Below are positions 9,444-18,889 of a stretch of 59,647 bases of DNA, one piece after another. The notes under the pieces are model-generated. The model was not told the DNA's origin. It did no database searches and saw only the letters and a program-made list of their open reading frames with translations. A program made the translations under genes and the position numbers. Each line of letters begins with the position of its first letter. The stretch's first letter is position 1. Location of the stretch: the NCBI GenBank assembly GCA_016788825.1, contig JAEUSD010000004.1, positions 1 to 59,647 on the forward strand, in the 5' to 3' direction. This DNA is from Candidatus Doudnabacteria bacterium. Lineage in GTDB: Bacteria > Patescibacteriota > Dojkabacteria > J137 > JAEUSD01.

Positions 9444-9980
9444 ATGAATATTAAATTAATTGCACCAAAAGTAATCCAAATTGAGGGAGATTCTGCTTCG
9501 GCAGTTGTGGAATTTGAGGGGGGAAAGGCAAAAGATGTTGATGGGGGGCTTTATGTGAGTGTGAACTCTGAGGTGGTGGGTGCTATATCTGGCCCTGGGG
9601 AATATGAGCAGGGTGGGGTGGAGTTAGCAATGTTGGAAACGAAGGAAATTGTTGCTGGGCAGGCTGAACTTGCTCAAGTACGCATCGATAATATTAATGT
9701 ATTGAATGTATTGCAAGCTCCAGGAGATCTTCAGAAAGAGCAGTGGGAACTGATAGATAATGTACATATTTTGTGTATGGATGCTGGCATAAAAATTGAT
9801 GAGCCAGCTAAATTCGTGAATAAAATTAACCCGTATGTCTTAATTGTGTTGAACTCAGATAAGGAGACAGCGGAGAAATGGTTGGGTATGACTATTGAGT
9901 CTCAAGATAAAAAGTATAAATTCTCGGATAAAGATTTCACTGCCGAAGAACCTGTACTGAGAGTGCTGTTGCTGGCTTAA
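9444..9980 (+). CDS. hypothetical protein (possible degenerate MBL-fold-like protein)
   Basis: Coding-like open frame. The preferred start is MNIKL at 9444 (the ORF track starts at 9375). The GPGEYE segment recalls UPF0173/MBL-fold proteins, but no HxHxDH is present. Confidence 0.5.
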   Translation: MNIKLIAPKVIQIEGDSASAVVEFEGGKAKDVDGGLYVSVNSEVVGAISGPGEYEQGGVELAMLETKEIVAGQAELAQVRIDNINVLNVLQAPGDLQKEQWELIDNVHILCMDAGIKIDEPAKFVNKINPYVLIVLNSDKETAEKWLGMTIESQDKKYKFSDKDFTAEEPVLRVLLLA

Positions 9981-10004
9981 TATTCTCGCAAAGTATAACT
10001 AAAA

Positions 10005-11324
10005 ATGGCTGATCGGGTTCCACCACAAAATTTAGATGCAGAGCGTTCAGTACTGGGGGCCATATTGCTTGACAGTACTGTATTGACTAATGTTGCTGAT
10101 GATCTAAAAGCTGAGCATTTTTATTCACCACAGAATGCAATTATTTATGAGGGGATTGTTGATTTGTACCAACACGCAAAGCCGATAGACGTCGTAACTT
10201 TGACAAGCATATTGAAGTCGAAGAAGAAGTTACAGCAGGTGGGCGGAAGTGCCTACCTCTCCGAGCTAATTGCTGGGGTTCCCACTTCCGCCCACGCCAA
10301 AGAGTATGCGTTGATAGTGAAGCAAGCGTTTGTGCGTAGAAGTTTGATGCAGTTTGCGACTAAACTGGAAGAGCAGGCAGTGACAGAGGATAAGGAGATT
10401 ACTCAGATTATGGACGAGCTGGAAGGGCGGCTATTTTCTCTGTCGCAAGATAGCACGCAGAGAGATTTTCAGACTGCTGCTGCACTTTTGGAACAGCATT
10501 TTGAGATAACTGAAGAATACAGCAAAAACCCCAACGCGCTACGTGGATTATCTAGTGGTATGCGGGCTGTTGATGAAATCTTAGGGGGGTTGCATAACTC
10601 TGATCTAATAATTCTAGCTGCTCGGCCTTCTGTAGGTAAGAGTTCTTTTGCTTTCGATATTGCTCGCAATGTGGCGATTGACCAGGCTAAGTCAGTGGCA
10701 ATTTTTTCATTGGAGATGCCTGGGGTACAAGTGATTCAAAGGGTTTTGTCCCAGCAGATTGATGTTAGTTTGTGGGATCTGCGCATGGCGCGAATGACCG
10801 ACCAAGCTTATGCGCGCTTTGCGGAGGGGGCGGGCAAGTTGGCTGATGCCAAGCTGTTTATTGATGATACCCCTGGCCTAAATATTATGCAGCTGCGTAG
10901 CAAAGCGCGCAAATTAAAGATTGAGCACGGGTTGGATTTCATGATCATTGATTATTTGCAGTTGATGCAAAGTGTAAACGCTAGAAGTGACAACCGCGCG
11001 AGCGAGGTAGCGGAGATCTCTCGATCACTCAAGTTGCTCGCTCGCGAACTCAACATTCCTATTATGGCCCTCTCGCAGTTGAATCGTGCAGTGGAAAGTC
11101 GGAATGACCATATTCCTCAACTTTCTGATCTTAGGGAGTCCGGATCTATTGAGCAGGACGCTGACTTGGTGATATTTCTAAGCCGTGAAAAACTCTTCAA
11201 CCCAGAAACCGAGAACCCGGACAAGGTTGATGTGTTTATTGCAAAGCATCGTAACGGACCGGTGGGTAAGGTGGAGTTGAAGTTTGTCGAGAAAACGACA
11301 AAGTTTGTGGATGTAGATGTCTAG
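10005..11324 (+). CDS. dnaB: replicative DNA helicase DnaB
   Basis: DnaB N-domain, Walker A ARPSVGKSSFA, Walker B MIIDYLQLM, RESGSIEQDAD motif. Confidence 0.95.
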   Translation: MADRVPPQNLDAERSVLGAILLDSTVLTNVADDLKAEHFYSPQNAIIYEGIVDLYQHAKPIDVVTLTSILKSKKKLQQVGGSAYLSELIAGVPTSAHAKEYALIVKQAFVRRSLMQFATKLEEQAVTEDKEITQIMDELEGRLFSLSQDSTQRDFQTAAALLEQHFEITEEYSKNPNALRGLSSGMRAVDEILGGLHNSDLIILAARPSVGKSSFAFDIARNVAIDQAKSVAIFSLEMPGVQVIQRVLSQQIDVSLWDLRMARMTDQAYARFAEGAGKLADAKLFIDDTPGLNIMQLRSKARKLKIEHGLDFMIIDYLQLMQSVNARSDNRASEVAEISRSLKLLARELNIPIMALSQLNRAVESRNDHIPQLSDLRESGSIEQDADLVIFLSREKLFNPETENPDKVDVFIAKHRNGPVGKVELKFVEKTTKFVDVDV

Positions 11325-11400
11325 GGCTAGATAATCAGCTTGCTTTGTGGGTATATAGGCGATAAAATCCCAGTGCTGAAAAGCGACTAGATTTACTTAT

Positions 11401-11486
11401 GCCGGAGTGGTGGAATTGGTAGACACGCTGGACTCAAAATCCAGTGCAGGTTACACTGTGTGAGGGTTCGAGTCCCTCCTCCGGTA
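11401..11486 (+). tRNA. tRNA-Leu (anticodon CAA), class II with a long variable arm, no encoded CCA
   Basis: Acceptor GCCGGAG/CTCCGGT, anticodon stem-loop CTGGA-CTCAAAA-TCCAG, long variable arm, T-arm GGGTTCGAGTCCC. Confidence 0.9.
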
Positions 11487-11514
11487 AATATTTTCATTAT
11501 TCATCTTTATTATT

Positions 11515-12084
11515 ATGGCAGGTACATTTAACGCGAACGAATTGCGTAAGGGGATGGTTTATGTTCATGGGGGCGATGTTTTGTTGGTTCTTGATTACAA
11601 ACATATCAAAATGGGGCGGACGCCGGCGACAAATCGTGTGAAGGTAAAGAATATCCTTACTGGTAATATTACCGAAAAGACCTACGGGTCAAGCGATAAG
11701 GTGCAGGAGGCTGATGTTTCGAAGCGCACAGCACAATACCTGTATGTCGATGGTGAAAACGTGAACTTTATGGATACAGATGATTACAGTCAGTTTTCGC
11801 TACCTCTCGAAGATCTGAAAGAAGCTCTGGGTTACCTTAAAGAGGGTGAAAAAGTTATTACTTTGTACCTAGATGGTAAACCCGTAAGTGTTGAAGTGCC
11901 AAAAAGCGTAGAACTCAAGGTGACACTGGCTTCCGATGCTGTGGCAGGGGACTCTTCCAGTAACCCTACAAAACGTGTAACATTAGAAACAGGGTTAGAA
12001 ATTGATGTACCTCTGTTTATCAAACAAGGTGAGGTAATCAAGGTAAACACTGAGACTGGGGAGTACTCTAGTCGAGCAAATTAA
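11515..12084 (+). CDS. efp: elongation factor P
   Basis: 189 aa with three-domain EF-P-like sequence. The tip loop is KMGRTPA (Arg-type). Confidence 0.93.
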   Translation: MAGTFNANELRKGMVYVHGGDVLLVLDYKHIKMGRTPATNRVKVKNILTGNITEKTYGSSDKVQEADVSKRTAQYLYVDGENVNFMDTDDYSQFSLPLEDLKEALGYLKEGEKVITLYLDGKPVSVEVPKSVELKVTLASDAVAGDSSSNPTKRVTLETGLEIDVPLFIKQGEVIKVNTETGEYSSRAN

Positions 12085-12113
12085 TTAATTTTATATAGTT
12101 AAGGGTTAAAGCC

Positions 12114-12740
12114 ATGGCAGACATCGTTACAGCCTTACTTACAAATAGCCAGACTTTGCTGGTGATAATTCTTTTCTACCTAGCAGCTTTGTGGCTGATG
12201 TTCTGCTTATGGGTGTTTATCGATGCCATGAAGCGTTTCCGCAGCCTGCCAATCTCAATTATTCTGACGTTATTGACGTTTGTGTTTAACTTTCCTGCAC
12301 TAGTTTTCTACTTGATCATTCGCCCAGAAGACCCTACTTTGGATGGCTATGCTAGCGAAGGTGGAGTGAATGTTCCATTGATGAATTTTGTAGGAAATGA
12401 TGGAGAAGTGCAGTTTTCTCTTAACTTGAAGGTAAATCCCAAATACCAGCCAGGGGCAGATATGGATGTAAATGTTAACTGGAAGTCTGACCGTGCAGAT
12501 GTGCGCCCTGTTGAATCTACATATAATCTTTCTGCAAGTGTTTCTGAACCTGTCAGCTCTGGTTCATCTATCAAAGATAAATTAGCTGGATTTCGCTCCA
12601 AAGCTACTTCTTCTTTTAAGCAAGTTGTCGAAACTTCGAAAAAGAAAGTAGATGATTATAGCCAAGAAATTTCTAGCACCGATGAGGGTGGGGAAGAGGA
12701 TGATAAGGCTGCTAGGTCTGCTAAATCAAAACGCAAATGA
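12114..12740 (+). CDS. membrane protein of unknown function (PLD-N-like double-TM N-terminus, charged tail)
   Basis: Two hydrophobic helices with ...FIDAMKR...LIIRPEDP, like the short cardiolipin-synthase-N membrane domain. A Ser/Lys/Glu-rich hydrophilic tail follows. Confidence 0.55.
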   Translation: MADIVTALLTNSQTLLVIILFYLAALWLMFCLWVFIDAMKRFRSLPISIILTLLTFVFNFPALVFYLIIRPEDPTLDGYASEGGVNVPLMNFVGNDGEVQFSLNLKVNPKYQPGADMDVNVNWKSDRADVRPVESTYNLSASVSEPVSSGSSIKDKLAGFRSKATSSFKQVVETSKKKVDDYSQEISSTDEGGEEDDKAARSAKSKRK

Positions 12741-13438
12741 ACACCGAAGTAATTCTGCTAGCAGTTGGGGGTACGTGGATTATCTTAAGCTTCTTCTACT
12801 GGAGGCACTACTATCTGGGGAACAAATCTGCGTTCGTCTCTTATGATCGGGTTTTTCTGGCACTTATTCTTGCGCTAGTCATAACTAGGTTAGCATCTGT
12901 AACTATTGACTACAGCTTATTAGTAAGGCCTTTTAGTGTGCTGGAGGTGGTGAGCATCTTTAACTTGCATTACTTCTATCCCTTAATTCCTGCCGCAGTC
13001 CTGCTGGCACACCAGTTTTATAGTTTCAATGTCAAATTGAACAGGCACTGGGCGGAAGAAAGTTTTCCCGCAATTTGGTATGGAATCGGTTTAACAGTTC
13101 CCATTGTTTGCGTCCAGATAGTTCGCGCGATTAGTTTGGAATGGCCAAGACAGTTCCTAGGGTTACATATCGGTCACTTGACTGTACTGGCAATTTCTTT
13201 CGTTTTGGCGTGGTACCTAAAGAAGAATAAGCTTTTGCTAAGGCTGGGTTACTTGGTTTACTTATTCCAACTGCTAGGGTTTGTACTGTCTTATCACGTC
13301 TCGCAGACTATCTCGATGGAAGAGCTAAACCTGTATTTCTCGGCTTGCGGGATTGCATTTGTATTGATATTCCTGCCGTATATTCCTTACAACTTAGCTA
13401 AGTTTGTACGCCGTAATGAACTGGTGGAAAAAGGCTGA
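12737..13438 (+). CDS. polytopic membrane protein, function unknown
   Basis: About 7 hydrophobic segments by eye. ATGA overlap with the upstream gene. Sits directly upstream of lspA, but no Lgt motifs were recognised. Confidence 0.6.
   Translation: MNTEVILLAVGGTWIILSFFYWRHYYLGNKSAFVSYDRVFLALILALVITRLASVTIDYSLLVRPFSVLEVVSIFNLHYFYPLIPAAVLLAHQFYSFNVKLNRHWAEESFPAIWYGIGLTVPIVCVQIVRAISLEWPRQFLGLHIGHLTVLAISFVLAWYLKKNKLLLRLGYLVYLFQLLGFVLSYHVSQTISMEELNLYFSACGIAFVLIFLPYIPYNLAKFVRRNELVEKG
13390..13405. repeat. TTAGCTAA-family palindrome copy (CAACTTAGCTAAGTTT)
   Basis: Inside the membrane-protein CDS (+), read as L-A-K. 14 nt are perfectly palindromic. Confidence 0.9.
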
Positions 13439-13784
13439 TTGGTTGTGGGTGGCTGCGCTCTTGGTGATTGTAGACCAGTTGCTTAAGCATACTCTCTCTG
13501 GAGAACTGGTGGTAAATCCTGGCGTTTTCTTAGGACTGATTTTGCCGAATGCGTTAATAATCCTTCTCCATGCAATATTTTTGGTCGTAGGGGTACTGTG
13601 GGGCTTGAGTAATAAAACTTATCTTGCCAAGATAGTTTTGGCTTTGGTAGTAGTCTCTGGCAGTAACTTCATAGATCGAGTGTTGTTTGGTGGGGTGATA
13701 GATTATCTCCAGATTTGGGGAGTTTGGTTTAATTTGGCTGATGTGGGGGTTAGTGTTTTTTTAGTGTTAGCCCTATTTTTCTAA
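13404..13784 (+). CDS. lspA: lipoprotein signal peptidase (signal peptidase II)
   Basis: VVNPGVFLG, NFIDRVLFGGVIDYL and FNLADVG motifs (catalytic Asp residues), four TM segments. The true start may be 13416. Confidence 0.75.
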   Translation: MYAVMNWWKKADWLWVAALLVIVDQLLKHTLSGELVVNPGVFLGLILPNALIILLHAIFLVVGVLWGLSNKTYLAKIVLALVVVSGSNFIDRVLFGGVIDYLQIWGVWFNLADVGVSVFLVLALFF

Positions 13785-13805
13785 CAGAGTATATGAAATA
13801 TAGGG

Positions 13806-13811
13806 TATAAT
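13806..13811 (+). promoter_or_regulatory. TATAAT -10 box 9 nt upstream of the ATG (leaderless-type geometry)
   Basis: ggTATAATacgtggcatATG, with no Shine-Dalgarno between the box and the start. Confidence 0.4.
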
Positions 13812-13820
13812 ACGTGGCAT

Positions 13821-15710
13821 ATGAAACCAAAGCTAAACACATTACAAAAGCTAGTCAGTTTAGTAACTATACCTGCTGTAGTTGGGGTTCTACACTCAAA
13901 TCCGGCTAAAGCTGCTGATAAAGATGATGTTGAAAGAAGATCTCCTCTTCCAATCCAACAGGCGGAGCAAGGACTTACAGAAGAATATCTGAGTATTTGG
14001 ATTGGACTCTACCGCGACCTAGCGGGGGAAGACGATATTCTTAAAGGTAGAGGGGGGCTTAGAGAATATTTAGAGGAGAGAAATACATATTTCAGCTACC
14101 TACCTTCTGATCTGACATACAAGATAATGCAAAATGGTGGACTTGGTCTGTGGGAATGGGTGCGGTTAGCAGCGCTTGAGGCTGAGCAGCTCGGTAGACG
14201 GAGTAAAGATGACACACTGCCCGGATTCATAGAAGATTTTTTACGTGAAGCAGACACTCTGCCAGAGCTTGCTGAACATTGGTTTGACAATGACCTAACT
14301 GAAGTTAGTGCTGAAGAGCGTAGTGGGATGAGGGACTTCTATCTGAGCTTATCACCTTATCAGCAAGCATTCTTTAGGTTTCAGCCACCTAACAAGTTTG
14401 CACTTCAAACTGTTTATGCAATTTATAAGGTGCAGGAAAGAAGTGTTGATCCAAGGACCTTTGTCGATGTATGGATGTTTATTCTAACTCTAGAAGGAGA
14501 GGCTGATACTCCATATACTGTGCATTTGGAAGGTGATGAGGGTAAGATAGATGAAGGCTCTCAGCTTGAAGAAGAACTTTCGACGGATGAAATTCCCGAC
14601 GCAGATTTGCAAGCTATATATGATCAATGGCAGGAAGAATATAAAGAGTACGTTGAAGGTAGCAATGGTTTGATTTTGATGTTTGAGTACTTTAGGGGAA
14701 TGAGTCCAGCCGTAAGGGCCCAAGTGATACAAGCTGGCGGGTTAGACGCCTTTGTTTGGTTAGTTTATATTCGAGGAACTGTGAATAATGAGCCCGTGGA
14801 GGGTGTGGACGAGTTTACAGTCGAGTTTCTAAGAAGTAATAGTACAAATGATGAGCAGGCCGAACAATGGCTTTCTGCTCGAGGTTATGGAGAGGGGCCT
14901 CTAAAGTCATTCTTTATGGCCATGACTCCTCTACAGCGAGCTTATGTACTTCAGAATAGGACTTTGACATGGCAAAATCTTGTTTCTCAAGTCCCAGGTG
15001 GTCTGTCTGTGAAGGATTTCATGGACAGAATTATCGTTACAGACTTTGCTAACGGTTCGATTGGGGCGACTTATTTCACGGATCCTTTTGAGGTTAGCAC
15101 AGACCCAACTGGTTTTGATGAGAGAGTTTCTGAATCAATTCCAGAAGAATTTGCCGATATACCTGGTATAACTGCCTTGCAAATTTTGGCTCAATCTTTT
15201 GACAGAGAAAATGGAACCAATTACGAAAAAGTAATTTTTGATTTCTTATGGGGACAAGTTCTTCTCGATGATGCCATAGGGGACCCAATGTCTGATTTAA
15301 GTTTTCAACATACTTCTGAAGATAGGGATGACTATACACAGGTGTTACTTTCGGTTTATAACTCTAGCCTTAATGTGGAACAGAAGATGAATATCTTAGA
15401 TACACTTATGCGTAATATGGAGTTTAATGTAGTGCTCCCGAGATATGCGAGCGTGGATACAATCACTCTCGAACAGTATATCCAAACGCATGATGCTACG
15501 ACCCTAGCAGGTGGCGGGCGGCGAGTAAGATCGGTCCCACGTGTAGAAGACGGTAATGTAATTTTTACTGCGAATGGGGATGTCGGGGTAGAGATATTAT
15601 TAGCTGTATTCGATCGAAAACATCCGAACACTGGTGCTTGGTATATGGTGAAATTCCCGGATGGGAGTGTTGGCTTTATGAGTTACAGTGTTCTTGGATT
15701 TTCCCAGTAG
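13821..15710 (+). CDS. secreted acidic protein with an internal tandem duplication and a C-terminal SH3-like module, function unknown
   Basis: Signal peptide (LVTIPAVVGVLHSNPAKA-AD), two related modules of about 100-140 aa, and a C-terminal GAWYMVKFPDGSVGFM segment resembling bacterial SH3. Confidence 0.75.
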   Translation: MKPKLNTLQKLVSLVTIPAVVGVLHSNPAKAADKDDVERRSPLPIQQAEQGLTEEYLSIWIGLYRDLAGEDDILKGRGGLREYLEERNTYFSYLPSDLTYKIMQNGGLGLWEWVRLAALEAEQLGRRSKDDTLPGFIEDFLREADTLPELAEHWFDNDLTEVSAEERSGMRDFYLSLSPYQQAFFRFQPPNKFALQTVYAIYKVQERSVDPRTFVDVWMFILTLEGEADTPYTVHLEGDEGKIDEGSQLEEELSTDEIPDADLQAIYDQWQEEYKEYVEGSNGLILMFEYFRGMSPAVRAQVIQAGGLDAFVWLVYIRGTVNNEPVEGVDEFTVEFLRSNSTNDEQAEQWLSARGYGEGPLKSFFMAMTPLQRAYVLQNRTLTWQNLVSQVPGGLSVKDFMDRIIVTDFANGSIGATYFTDPFEVSTDPTGFDERVSESIPEEFADIPGITALQILAQSFDRENGTNYEKVIFDFLWGQVLLDDAIGDPMSDLSFQHTSEDRDDYTQVLLSVYNSSLNVEQKMNILDTLMRNMEFNVVLPRYASVDTITLEQYIQTHDATTLAGGGRRVRSVPRVEDGNVIFTANGDVGVEILLAVFDRKHPNTGAWYMVKFPDGSVGFMSYSVLGFSQ

Positions 15711-15745
15711 GGATTAGTTTGTTCCTCCTTAAATATTCTTTAATA

Positions 15746-15751
15746 TATAAT
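15746..15751 (+). promoter_or_regulatory. TATAAT -10 box 5 nt upstream of the ATG (leaderless-type geometry)
   Basis: taaTATAATgcagcATG, upstream of the pseudouridine synthase gene. Confidence 0.4.
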
Positions 15752-15756
15752 GCAGC

Positions 15757-16644
15757 ATGGAGTTCAAAGTCGAAAAAATACACGCGGGTAAAAGGTTGGA
15801 TCTTTATCTGACACTGATGCTCCCCAATTATTCACGGTCTAACATTCGTAAATTGCTGGATATGGGTAAGGTGATGCGTGGGGAAGAGGTGGAGTACCGT
15901 CCCAATTATAAAGTAGAAGAAGGAGATGTGTTTGTAGTCGGTTCAGAAGAAGAGTTGCAACGCAAAAGCCTTACGCCTTGGGATGTAGATGTGGAGATAG
16001 TCTACAAAGATAAAGATCTAGTCTTAGCCTATAAACCAGCAGGGATGAATGTGCACCCCACAAGCATCGAAGACACTGAATCCTTAATAAATGCTGTGGC
16101 ATTTAAACTAAAAGATGAACTTACACCATTTGGAGTAAACCTTGTAAATAGGATAGATAAGGCCACTTCTGGATTGGTTGCGCTGGCGATATCACCGGAA
16201 GGAGCATGGCATTACGCTAAGCAGTTTGCAGAGGGGAGAGCGAACAAAACATACTTGGCAGTTGTCTCTGCCGACTGGTTTGAAGATTACGGTGAGGAGG
16301 AAGTCCATGTAGCGAACTTTATTCGCTACGATGTGATCCGCAAGCGCCAAGTAGTAGTCCAGACGCGGGGAGATCATGCTGAGACAGATTTCCGCTGGGA
16401 GAAGCTAACAGATGACTCAAACTGGGGTATTCTGACAGTACACCCTCGCACAGGAAGGACTCACCAAATAAGGTTACACCTTGAAAGCTTGGGTTATCCG
16501 ATCTTGGGAGATGATAAATATGGGGGGAAAGAATATCCTCGGCTACTTCTGCATGCATATGCCTTGGAACTTGCTAAACTAGGTGGAGGAAAGATTAATG
16601 TGCATACTTCATGGCCAAAAGATTTGCAAAAGATACGTCTTTGA
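15757..16644 (+). CDS. rluD: RluA-family 23S rRNA pseudouridine synthase (RluD-like, with an S4 domain)
   Basis: N-terminal S4 domain (GKRLDLYL...), catalytic NRIDKATSGL motif, HPRTGRTHQIRLH motif. Confidence 0.85.
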   Translation: MEFKVEKIHAGKRLDLYLTLMLPNYSRSNIRKLLDMGKVMRGEEVEYRPNYKVEEGDVFVVGSEEELQRKSLTPWDVDVEIVYKDKDLVLAYKPAGMNVHPTSIEDTESLINAVAFKLKDELTPFGVNLVNRIDKATSGLVALAISPEGAWHYAKQFAEGRANKTYLAVVSADWFEDYGEEEVHVANFIRYDVIRKRQVVVQTRGDHAETDFRWEKLTDDSNWGILTVHPRTGRTHQIRLHLESLGYPILGDDKYGGKEYPRLLLHAYALELAKLGGGKINVHTSWPKDLQKIRL

Positions 16645-16710
16645 GACGTAAAAAAGACTCTCGGTTCACTTATTTATGGCAAACCAGTAAGGTTGCTAGT
16701 GTTTTGAATA

Positions 16711-16748
16711 GGCTAAGGAGGCGGGCCGTACGGCCCGCCTCCTTAGCC
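16711..16748 (+). terminator. 38-nt perfect GC-rich palindrome (18-bp stem) downstream of rluD: probable terminator or structured element
   Basis: GGCTAAGGAGGCGGGCCG-TA-CGGCCCGCCTCCTTAGCC. There is no clear U-tract. The arms contain AAGGAGG and CCTCCTT. Confidence 0.45.
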
Positions 16749-16754
16749 TCGGCT

Positions 16755-17978
16755 ATGCCGAGCACCAAGAGGACAATAACGCTTCCCAGTCTGCCTTTTC
16801 GGATACATATACCTAAACTGAAGCGGAGCTTTTTTATCAAAGTATTTTTGGCCGTAGCTGTAGTAGCTATTGTAGCCGGTGTCATACATCTATCTTCTTT
16901 GAAGCTTACTCCTAGCGTTTTCGCTGAGCAGGGGGTAGAGCCTTTGCCTATCACAGGAGACACAATTAATATTCTGTTTGTAGTGTATGACAAGGTCAAT
17001 GACTATGAATTCTGTGACTTTGTCGCAGTGGTGAGTTTGAATAAGAAATCAACGCAGAGAACAATTTCAATAATAAACGTAGACAAGGAGTTTGCAGTAT
17101 TTACCTATCTAAATCGCGCCGTAAAGCTGCGTAGCATGTTGGCGACCACCAAGGCTGATGATGAGCCAGGTTTGCCATATATTTCGAGTGGTGTGCAGGC
17201 AATGCTGGGAATTCGGTTGGATAGATATGTGTTTGTGAGTAAGTCTAATTTGATACAGATGGCGGAGATAGTGGGGGTGGAGTATTTGGTCCCAGAAGAG
17301 GTTGCTGATCAGGATGTGGGATTCTTCGCCAAGGGACAAAAGCTGCAGGGGCAGGACTTGATAGAGTATTTGGCGATAGATCAGGCTGGTGCCGATGTGC
17401 AATCAGAGCGGTTTAAGAAGTTTCTTGAATCTGCTGTGCCCGGTACATTGGGCTTTAATGGATACTTACGGGTCATATCCCAACTCGAAAAGTTCATGGG
17501 TTCGGTGGAAACAGACATTTCTGTGCGCGAAGCGTGGGAGCTTGCTCTAAATCTATATAGTCGGTTTGATTACCAATACATCTACATTGGTGCGCAGGAG
17601 GGGACTGTTGTAACCTCGAAGCAGGGGGGGTATTTGGTATCCGACTCGTTGTTGATCGATCAGAAACTTGAGCCGCTACTAGCCAGGGAGCCGATCTTGA
17701 GGGAGCAAGCAAGGATTGAAGTTTTCAATGCAACTGGCCGCCCTGGGCTGGCAACTGCAACGAAGCGTTTGATCACAAACCAGGGCGGCAAGGTGATCCG
17801 CGCGGGGAATGCGCCAGAGGCGTATGAGCGTACAACTCTTTATGTTGAGGATCCAGAGAGGTATTCAGCGAATATCTCGCTAATAAATGAGTTACTGCGG
17901 GGAGACTTGCTCATTGTCGAAGAGACTTATCCATATAATCACACCGGAGATCTCGTACTAGTGTTGGGAGGGGAGTAG
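16755..17978 (+). CDS. LytR-CpsA-Psr (LCP) family cell-envelope protein with a LytR_C-like C-terminal domain
   Basis: N-terminal TM anchor, then an LCP-like core (INILFVVYD...) and a C-terminal ARIEVFNATGRPGLA...LVLG module. Start chosen at Met 16755, after the hairpin (the ORF track starts at 16611). Confidence 0.75.
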   Translation: MPSTKRTITLPSLPFRIHIPKLKRSFFIKVFLAVAVVAIVAGVIHLSSLKLTPSVFAEQGVEPLPITGDTINILFVVYDKVNDYEFCDFVAVVSLNKKSTQRTISIINVDKEFAVFTYLNRAVKLRSMLATTKADDEPGLPYISSGVQAMLGIRLDRYVFVSKSNLIQMAEIVGVEYLVPEEVADQDVGFFAKGQKLQGQDLIEYLAIDQAGADVQSERFKKFLESAVPGTLGFNGYLRVISQLEKFMGSVETDISVREAWELALNLYSRFDYQYIYIGAQEGTVVTSKQGGYLVSDSLLIDQKLEPLLAREPILREQARIEVFNATGRPGLATATKRLITNQGGKVIRAGNAPEAYERTTLYVEDPERYSANISLINELLRGDLLIVEETYPYNHTGDLVLVLGGE

Positions 17979-18112
17979 TATTGTGGAACAGTGTTTCACA
18001 TGGGTACACAACTTAGCATTAGCACTGTTTGAGGTGAAATCAGATGCGGGCTAGAGCCGAATAGGGTTATTTAGTAGTATAATTCCCCTGTATACTTGTA
18101 ATTATTTTTATC

Positions 18113-18889
18113 ATGTCAGGACATTCCAAGTGGGCAACTATACGTCGTGCCAAGGAGATTACCGATAACAAACGCGGGAAAATCTTCAGTAAATTATCCA
18201 AGGATATCATTGTGGCTGCAAAAGCTGGCGGTGATCCTACTATGAACTTTACGCTACGTCTGGCGATAGAGCGTGCCAAGGCAGCAAATATGCCGGCTGA
18301 CAATATTGAACGAGCAGTCAAGAAGGGGTCAGGACAGGATAAAGATGGCGCAGCGATTGTGGATGTGACCTATGAAGCATACGGCCCTGGGGGAACAGCG
18401 GTACTAATTGATTGTCAAACTGATAATACAAATCGTAGTCTTACAGATGTGCGACTGGCAGTGGAAAAATCGGGGGGCAAGCTAGGGTCTGCTGGTAATG
18501 TGTCGTGGCAGTTTGCGGAGAAAGGACAGATTATTGTAAAAGCTGCTAAGTACGTGCCTTCGGAGAAGTATGGCCAGGAAGGGAAGTATGTGCCGGTGGA
18601 TGCTGCTGAGGTTGAGTTGAGCTTGATCGAGATCTCTGGAGTGGAGGATATAAATGCTGATAAGTCTGAGGGTGAGGTGATGCTAGAAGTTCTCACGGAT
18701 AGAGATCAATTTAGGGCTGTTTACCAAGAAATTCAAAAGCAGGGTTATAAAGTCGAGACAGCAGAATTAGCGAAGATAGCTAAGGAGAGGGTGGCATTAA
18801 ATGCTGAAGATCAAACGAAAATGGATGCATTTCTGGAGGCGTTGGATGAAGTAGAGGATGTAAAGAATGTATGGCACAATGCCGCCTAG
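18113..18889 (+). CDS. yebC: YebC/PmpR family transcriptional regulator
   Basis: MSGHSKWATIRR...KRGKIFSKL N-terminus is diagnostic. Confidence 0.92.
   Translation: MSGHSKWATIRRAKEITDNKRGKIFSKLSKDIIVAAKAGGDPTMNFTLRLAIERAKAANMPADNIERAVKKGSGQDKDGAAIVDVTYEAYGPGGTAVLIDCQTDNTNRSLTDVRLAVEKSGGKLGSAGNVSWQFAEKGQIIVKAAKYVPSEKYGQEGKYVPVDAAEVELSLIEISGVEDINADKSEGEVMLEVLTDRDQFRAVYQEIQKQGYKVETAELAKIAKERVALNAEDQTKMDAFLEALDEVEDVKNVWHNAA

Noticed and set aside
11444-11641. A 65-aa ORF overlapping the tRNA-Leu 3' half and the efp start.
   Set aside because: It overlaps a clear tRNA and the efp CDS in another frame. It is spurious.
16611-16754. The upstream 48 codons of the LCP ORF, overlapping the rluD end.
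   Set aside because: This extension would translate straight through the 38-nt perfect palindrome and overlap rluD by 34 nt. The Met at 16755, right after the hairpin and before the TM anchor, is the more plausible start.
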